This document shows, piece after piece, positions 57,840 to 64,000 of a DNA stretch of 64,000 nucleotides (positions are counted from its first letter, which is position 1; each line of letters opens with the position of its first letter). Where the stretch lies: contig CAXXDV010000003.1 of NCBI GenBank assembly GCA_963674745.2, forward strand, positions 2,240,001-2,304,000, written 5' to 3'. Below the pieces are notes generated by a model that did not search any database, was not told where the DNA came from, and was given only the letters and a program-made list of their open reading frames with translations. Position numbers and translations under genes: made by a program. The stretch is from Desulfosudaceae bacterium (GTDB taxonomy: Bacteria > Desulfobacterota > Desulfobacteria > Desulfobacterales > Desulfosudaceae).

Positions 57840-58724
57840 ATGATGAACCGTCTTTTTTTAAAACGTGCCGTTGATGACTTAAAGGACAATGTTCTGCTGA
57901 ACATGATCACCTTTATCACCATTGCCATGTCCGTACTGATCATCAGCACATTCGCGCTTTTCATGATCAATGCCGGCAATGTCATCCACTCCTGGGAAAA
58001 AGGCGTTCGCATCATCGTTTATATTAAGAATAACGTGCAGCTGGTGGAAATAGACAACCTGAAAAACGACATTCAACAGATGGAAGGCGTGGCCGATATC
58101 AAATTCGTTTCCAAACAGGACGGCCTTGAACGCCTGAAAAAACAGATGCAGGGCCAGTTGTCGCTGCTGGAAAACCTGGCCGACAACCCCCTGCCGGACA
58201 CCCTTGAAGTGTGGGTCGCGCCGAAATACAAAACCTGGAAACAAATAGAAATGATGGCCATCCATATCGAATCCAGCCATCTGGTGGAGGATGTTGAATA
58301 CGGCCAGAACTGGATGAAACGGTTTACGGGTTTTCTTAATCTGTTCAAGGTCACAGGCGGCCTGATGGGCGCGGTATTTTTTCTGGCGGTTATTTTTATT
58401 ATCGCCAATACCATTCGCCTGCTTTTTTATTCCAAGAGCGATGAAATCAAAATTATGCGACTGGTCGGTGCAACCGACAGTTTTACCACGGCGCCGTTCT
58501 ACATCGAAGGCCTGATAATGGGGGGTGTCGGCGGCATCGCCGGCATCCTGATCCTCTATCTGGCCTACGTGCTGCTTATTACCAATATCGACCTGAATTT
58601 TGTTTCTTTTTATTTTACGATAAAATTTCTTCCTTTTATTATATCGCTGGCAATTATTCTGTTCAGCATGCTGACCGGGTGGATAGGATGTTATATCTCC
58701 TTGAAACAACTTTTAAAAAATTAA
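57840..58724 (+). CDS. ftsX: Cell division permease FtsX
   Basis: NPLP, IIANTIRL, EIKIMRLVGAT..F...PF.IEG. Confidence 0.92.
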   Translation: MMNRLFLKRAVDDLKDNVLLNMITFITIAMSVLIISTFALFMINAGNVIHSWEKGVRIIVYIKNNVQLVEIDNLKNDIQQMEGVADIKFVSKQDGLERLKKQMQGQLSLLENLADNPLPDTLEVWVAPKYKTWKQIEMMAIHIESSHLVEDVEYGQNWMKRFTGFLNLFKVTGGLMGAVFFLAVIFIIANTIRLLFYSKSDEIKIMRLVGATDSFTTAPFYIEGLIMGGVGGIAGILILYLAYVLLITNIDLNFVSFYFTIKFLPFIISLAIILFSMLTGWIGCYISLKQLLKN

Positions 58725-60076
58725 TTATTCCGCTGCTGCTCGTGTCATGGGTAATGGCGTCCATTACCCCGGACGGCAGGTGCCAGACGACCCAAATGGC
58801 CACCATTAAGGCTTCGGCTTTGAATGTGCGTTGCGCTCCCAGTCCAAAGGCAAGCCGGGTCGGTGTGTTGAAAAAAGGCACATTGATCACCATCCACGAG
58901 AATACCGGCGAGTGGCTGAAAGTCGCTTACAAGGATATCAACGGATATATTGTCAATGACGCGCGTTATCTTCATCTGGAAGAAACGGACGAACAAATCC
59001 TGCAACTCAAAGAACAGGCCGAGCAGATAGAAGAAAAAATCAAACGTCACAAGTCCGATCTGAAAGCCTTTGTTCACAAGGAAACCCAAATTTTAGAGCG
59101 GTTGAATGAAATTGAGCTGTCCCGAAACGACCTCGCCCGTCAGGCTACCACCCTGCGGGAAAAAATCGACCGCATCCGTGTCACCATTGACGAGAACCAG
59201 CAGGCGGCAAAAATTCTTGAACAACGCATCAAAGACACCGGTGCTTATGCCAACAAGCGGCTGATCGCGCTCTACAAACTTAACCTTCTGGGAAAACTGA
59301 ATGTTTTCGGCTCAGCGGATTCGGTTTACGAGGTTTTAAGAGCTAAAAAAGATATGGCCATCATCTTACAGCATGACGCGGAGGCCCTGGCCAGTCACCT
59401 GCAGAATAAAGAACGACTGAAATCCATCATGGACCGACTGGCTGTCGAAGAAAAGGAGAAAGCATCACTTGAAAAAGAAATGCAGTGCCGCATTGAAAGC
59501 ATGAGCGTGGAAGCGAATAAGCGGCAAACCATTTTAGAAGATGTCCGCGAAAAGGAATCCGCCAGGAAAGCGGTTCTGGCGTCACTTGAAAAGGCAGCCC
59601 AGGCACTGGACCAGACCATTGTCGATCTGTTTGAAAAAGCCCAGACCCGCAAACGGTTAAAAGGGTCTTTTTCCTCGCTTAAAGGGTTGCTCCCCCTGCC
59701 TGTCAGCGGTAAAATAATTACGGCATTCGGTAAATACAAGGACGAAGATCTGAAAATCGTTAATTTTAGGAGCGGTATCGATATTCAGGCGGAACGCGGA
59801 GAACCGGTACGGGCGGTTTTCCGTGGCGAGGTGCTGTTCGCCCAGTGGTTCAAAGGGTACGGCAACATGATGATTATCGATCACGGTGAAAAATATTATA
59901 CGGTTTACGCTCATGCCCAGGAACTTTTTAAAAAAGCGGGCGATTTTGTCGAAACCAATGAAGTCGTTGCGACTGTCGGCAATACCGCTTCCCTTTCAAA
60001 CGGGACGGCGCTTTACTTTGAACTCCGGCATCAGGGTAAACCGGTGGATCCACTGACCTGGCTTAATACCGGTTGA
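58679..60076 (+). CDS. envC: EnvC-like murein hydrolase activator (SH3b, coiled coil, M23); start uncertain
   Basis: LNVR..P SH3b; long coiled coil; GIDI, YAH, LYFELR..DP. Confidence 0.8.
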   Translation: MDRMLYLLETTFKKLIIPLLLVSWVMASITPDGRCQTTQMATIKASALNVRCAPSPKASRVGVLKKGTLITIHENTGEWLKVAYKDINGYIVNDARYLHLEETDEQILQLKEQAEQIEEKIKRHKSDLKAFVHKETQILERLNEIELSRNDLARQATTLREKIDRIRVTIDENQQAAKILEQRIKDTGAYANKRLIALYKLNLLGKLNVFGSADSVYEVLRAKKDMAIILQHDAEALASHLQNKERLKSIMDRLAVEEKEKASLEKEMQCRIESMSVEANKRQTILEDVREKESARKAVLASLEKAAQALDQTIVDLFEKAQTRKRLKGSFSSLKGLLPLPVSGKIITAFGKYKDEDLKIVNFRSGIDIQAERGEPVRAVFRGEVLFAQWFKGYGNMMIIDHGEKYYTVYAHAQELFKKAGDFVETNEVVATVGNTASLSNGTALYFELRHQGKPVDPLTWLNTG

Positions 60077-60136
60077 ATAAGTCCCTGTAGCATCGTATTT
60101 GGTTAACTGAAACCACCCTACTATAAAGGATTTACC

Positions 60137-61480
60137 ATGAACAAAAGCCTTACCAAAACCCTGAAACTGAGTACCGTTATCCTTGCGACCTCACTGGTCC
60201 TGATTATCATTGCCGGACGTTTCGGCAACATATCCGCAAGCGATTCGGACGTATACAAAGAGTTGAGAATATTCACCGCCGTCATCCAGGAAATGGAAGA
60301 TGAATATGTGGATCCGGTCGACACCAAAGAAATGATTAAAGCAGCCATCCAGGGGATGGTCAGCAGCCTTGATCCCCATTCCGAATATCTCCCGCCTGAT
60401 GCCTTTGAAGACATCCAGACAGACACCAAAGGCGAATTTGAAGGTATCGGTATTGTGATTACCAAATCCAAAGGGTTATTGACGGTTATTTCGCCCATTG
60501 AAGGCACGCCCGCATTCCGCGCCGGTGTAAAGGCCGGAGATATCATTGAAAAAATTGACGGGGAACCCACCGAAAAAATGGATCTCTGGGAAGCGGTCAA
60601 GCACATGCGGGGCGAAAAAGGCACAACAGTGATCATTTCTGTTTTGAGAAAAGGCGAAACCGGGCCACTGGAGTTTGAATTAACCCGCGATGTCATCCCT
60701 ATTAACAGCGTAAAATCAACAACTCTCAAACCGGGTTTCGGTTATGTCCGGGTCACCAATTTTCAGGCCAACACCACCGACGACTTACAAAAGGCGCTTG
60801 ACCAGCTGAGTGCTGAGAGTGATGGAGACCTGAAAGGGTTGATTCTTGACCTTAGAAACAATCCCGGCGGCCTGCTGGATCAGGCCGTTTCAATATCGGA
60901 CATCTTCCTGGATGAGGGTGTCATCCTGTCCGTAAAACACAGGAACGATGAAGAAGTCTACAAGGCGAAAAAAAATCATACGCCCCGGGACTACCCCATT
61001 GTCACCCTTATTAATGGCGGCAGTGCCAGTGCTTCGGAAATTGTTGCCGGCGCACTTCAGGACCATAAACGCGCCCTGCTGCTGGGGACGACCTCCTTCG
61101 GCAAGGGCTCCGTCCAGACGATTAAACCCCTGGGTGACGGTTCCGGCATCAAGTTTACCGTTGCCAGGTACTATACGCCCAGCGGCCGGTCTATTCAAGC
61201 CAAGGGCATCGTGCCGGACATTGAAGTTCCTTTCAAAATCATCAAACCCGAGGAAAACCATCCCAGAAAATTTCTGGCGGAAAAGGACCTGCAAAATCAT
61301 CTCGAAGCGGAACCGCAGAAAACAGAAGACTCAACAGAGCCGGTTGACAGCGACGCCGGGGCTGAAACGCCTGAAACCCGTTATGGCGAAGTAAGTCCCG
61401 AGAAACTGTTAACCGACACCCAGATCATACGGGCTCTTGACGCACTGATCTCTTATGGCATCTTTTCCAGCATAAAATAA
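60137..61480 (+). CDS. ctpA: S41 carboxyl-terminal processing protease (CtpA-like)
   Basis: LDPHS, PDZ GIGI, DLRNNPGG, SASASEI, FGKGSVQ. Confidence 0.93.
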   Translation: MNKSLTKTLKLSTVILATSLVLIIIAGRFGNISASDSDVYKELRIFTAVIQEMEDEYVDPVDTKEMIKAAIQGMVSSLDPHSEYLPPDAFEDIQTDTKGEFEGIGIVITKSKGLLTVISPIEGTPAFRAGVKAGDIIEKIDGEPTEKMDLWEAVKHMRGEKGTTVIISVLRKGETGPLEFELTRDVIPINSVKSTTLKPGFGYVRVTNFQANTTDDLQKALDQLSAESDGDLKGLILDLRNNPGGLLDQAVSISDIFLDEGVILSVKHRNDEEVYKAKKNHTPRDYPIVTLINGGSASASEIVAGALQDHKRALLLGTTSFGKGSVQTIKPLGDGSGIKFTVARYYTPSGRSIQAKGIVPDIEVPFKIIKPEENHPRKFLAEKDLQNHLEAEPQKTEDSTEPVDSDAGAETPETRYGEVSPEKLLTDTQIIRALDALISYGIFSSIK

Positions 61481-61506
61481 CAACGGGTAAAAAAGCCGAA
61501 GATCAA

Positions 61507-62475
61507 ATGGCGAAAAAAAGAAAACCCGTTGCAGGAAAACAGGTGCAGCAGGAGAAAAATCTTCTGCTGCACCTGGTCAAGGCAACAGCCGCAACGATCA
61601 TCCTGTTTTTTTTTGTTGTCGTGGCAGGGCTGGTTACGCTTACCCTGTTTCCGGTTTCTGATCCCGATGTAAAGACGACTGCCGTAAAAAAGCCGGCAAC
61701 AGCCTCACAAGGCATTATCTTTGAAGTCTATCCCAAGGAGAAAAAAATACCGCCACCGAACAACGGCAGCGACACTACCGGGCTTTCTGAAATAAAAACC
61801 GGCCCCAAACCGCTGATCGCCATTATTATCGATGATATGGGATATGATAAAAAAATCGCCGCTCGTCTCATCGCACTTGATTCGTCCCTGACGTTGTCTG
61901 TTCTGCCGCACAGCCCGTTTACCCGGGAAATTGCCGTCGCAGCCCACGAGGCCGGTCTCGAAGTCATGCTGCACCTACCCATGGAACCCGTGGAATATCC
62001 TGGGATAGACCCCGGTCCGGGTGTACTGCTTACGGATATGGCGCCGGACGCCCTTCTCCGGCAACTGGAAGAGGACATCGCTGAGGTGCCGCATATCAAG
62101 GGCGTAAACAATCACATGGGATCGAAATTAACCACCCAATCCGTCCAGCTGTACCAGATATTTTCCGTTCTCAAAAAACACGGCCTGTTTTTTATCGACA
62201 GCTGTACCACCAGAGAATCCCTGTGCCGGCCATCTGCCGGGAAGTTGCAGGTCCCCTTTGCCAAACGGGACGTTTTTCTGGACAATTCTTTGTCCCAAAC
62301 GGACATAAAAGGTCAAATGGGATTATTGCTGGATATTGCTTATCGAAAAGGCCGGGCCATCGGCATCGCCCATCCGCACCCGGAAACCTGCAGCGCCCTT
62401 GAGCAATACCTGCCGCTGTTAAAAGAACGAGCCCGGCTGGTACCGGCCTCGATGCTGGTCGAGTCTGCCAATTAA
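61507..62475 (+). CDS. Divergent polysaccharide deacetylase family protein
   Basis: IIIDDMG, HLPMEP, NNHMGS, RDVFLD, IAHP. Confidence 0.93.
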   Translation: MAKKRKPVAGKQVQQEKNLLLHLVKATAATIILFFFVVVAGLVTLTLFPVSDPDVKTTAVKKPATASQGIIFEVYPKEKKIPPPNNGSDTTGLSEIKTGPKPLIAIIIDDMGYDKKIAARLIALDSSLTLSVLPHSPFTREIAVAAHEAGLEVMLHLPMEPVEYPGIDPGPGVLLTDMAPDALLRQLEEDIAEVPHIKGVNNHMGSKLTTQSVQLYQIFSVLKKHGLFFIDSCTTRESLCRPSAGKLQVPFAKRDVFLDNSLSQTDIKGQMGLLLDIAYRKGRAIGIAHPHPETCSALEQYLPLLKERARLVPASMLVESAN

Positions 62476-62544
62476 AGGGTTCAAGGGGTCCAGGGGTCGA
62501 GGATTCAAGGGTTTGTTATTGATAAGCAGAAAATGAACGTCTTT

Positions 62545-63438
62545 TTACTTTGACACGATACAAACCCATTCTTCTTCTGTCATTTCGTCAACAATCCGGA
62601 ATCCGAACTGTTGAAGTTGATCTTCCACCAGACCGCGCTTTGAGCGGATAATTCCCGAACAGACGAACATACCGCCCGGCGCCAGCACCTGTTTGACCGC
62701 GGGTATCAGTTTCACCACCACTTCGGCCAGGATATTGGCACAGACCATATCAAACGGCCCGCCCACACCGTCAACCAGGTCGGTGACTGACACACCGGAC
62801 CGATCCGAAGGCACCCGGTTCAGAGCCAGGTTGGCCCGTGCAATTTCAACCGCTACCGGATCATTATCGACGCCACAAACGCGGGTCGCACCCATCAGAA
62901 AAGCGCCAACCATCAAAATACCCGATCCGGTACCGACATCAAGAAACGACATACCCTTTTTAAAATACCGCTCCAGCGAGATCAGGCACATCCGGGTGGT
63001 GGCGTGGGTACCTGTACCAAACGCCATGCCGGGATCGATTTCGATAACGATATCGCCCGAAGCGGGTTCGCAGTTCCGCCAGGTCGGCTTGACAACAATA
63101 TGCCGACCGATTTTCTGGGGGTAAAAGTGGTCTTTCCAGGAATCCGCCCAATCCTCTTCATCTATTTCTTCATAAGCAAGAGCGCACCGTGATATAGCAT
63201 CTACGGCCAATGCCCGGACAGACGAGGCCAGAAGCGAACGGTTTTCCGAAAGCGATTCGTTGGAGGGGAAATATCCGGTCACAGAGACACGCACCTGCCC
63301 GGCAGATTTTTCAGGCGTCTCGTTGATCACAACCCCTTTCAACCCAAGGCCGTAAAACAAATCTGCCAGAATTTCCGTAACGCTATCGATTGACTGAAGG
63401 ACTGTTTCTGCACTGACGGTTGCGGCTATCCACTTCAT
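62545..63438 (-). CDS. prmA: Ribosomal protein L11 methyltransferase
   Basis: DPGMAFGTGTHATT, LDVGTGSGIL, ANILA, SGII. Confidence 0.96.
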   Translation of the reverse strand: MKWIAATVSAETVLQSIDSVTEILADLFYGLGLKGVVINETPEKSAGQVRVSVTGYFPSNESLSENRSLLASSVRALAVDAISRCALAYEEIDEEDWADSWKDHFYPQKIGRHIVVKPTWRNCEPASGDIVIEIDPGMAFGTGTHATTRMCLISLERYFKKGMSFLDVGTGSGILMVGAFLMGATRVCGVDNDPVAVEIARANLALNRVPSDRSGVSVTDLVDGVGGPFDMVCANILAEVVVKLIPAVKQVLAPGGMFVCSGIIRSKRGLVEDQLQQFGFRIVDEMTEEEWVCIVSK

Positions 63439-63690
63439 CAGAATCCACCTATTTGATGGCTTTGTAAAAAGCCGTCTGAATTTTGACTTTTTACGGGCGC
63501 ATCACCTTTTTGTTTCTTTTTCTTTTTGATATATTAAGATGATTGTGTTTACAATATCTATTCAATTAAACAAGACGGCCTTGTAAAAAGCAGCCGGACC
63601 GACCGCCTTACGCCTGGCCCTCGGCCGCAATTGTTTTTTGCGTAGCCGTCAAGCATCGTTATTAAAAATATCAGGGAAAGGAAGCACATT

Positions 63691-64000
63691 ATGGCAGATC
63701 TTTACTTTCACGTATGGGTCACGGTTACCAGCCTGACAATCATCATCCTGGTCGCCGCATACATCATTTACGACAGGATCGCGTTGTCCTACCAGTCCCT
63801 TGAAAAAAACGAAAAAGCCGCCCGCATGCAGCGTCTGAACAGCATCACCATGATCATCCTGGGCAGCCTGGCGTTTGTCGGAAGCGCCTACTGGATTTTT
63901 TACGTCCAGACGCATGAAATATACATTACCAAGGAACTTCGGGGCTTTCACGATATCCTGCCCGGTATCATCATGGGCGGCATCGGCCTGATCGTATTGA
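63691..64000 (+). CDS. Membrane protein, N-terminal part only (runs off the window end)
   Basis: Read manually: ATG 63691 after GGAAAGGA, open to the end, MADLYFHVWVTVTSLTIIILVAAYII...; three hydrophobic segments. Confidence 0.65.
   Translation, partial: MADLYFHVWVTVTSLTIIILVAAYIIYDRIALSYQSLEKNEKAARMQRLNSITMIILGSLAFVGSAYWIFYVQTHEIYITKELRGFHDILPGIIMGGIGLIVL

Overview
Bacterial chromosomal window of moderate GC. Gene content and repeat families suggest an anaerobic Desulfobacterota (deltaproteobacterial sulfate-reducer type); this is inference. Bases 0.6-19.8 kb form an accessory surface-structure locus. It has four tandem TMTC-like GT-C/TPR glycosyltransferase genes and, behind a consensus sigma-54 promoter, four paralogous secreted FilA/DUF6160-like subunit genes, a C39 peptidase, an unusual repeat+SPOR+coiled-coil+beta-barrel transporter, a FadL/OmpP1-type outer-membrane protein and a beta-propeller protein. 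Together these look like a Fil/Fap-like filament system, possibly glycosylated. The transporter carries about 9 tandem copies of the subunits' own double-glycine-like leader motif. Next come thi4-thiC, whose TPP riboswitch lies directly behind tRNA-Lys(CTT) and is separated from thiC by a complete IS110/IS1111-type element. That element's sub-terminal inverted repeats, CT core, circle-junction promoter and bridge/seekRNA guide segments can all be read from the sequence. The rest is an AmmeMemoRadiSam cluster with export signals, then mostly housekeeping genes (rpsT, lptE, leuS, hldE-gmhA-hldD, rne/rng, yajC-secDF, dprA-topA, ClC, diguanylate cyclase, parA pair, cbiR-like, mltF, hinT, ftsEX-envC-ctpA, prmA). 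Intergenic regions carry octamer arrays, GTAG REPs and a CTAG-bounded MITE.
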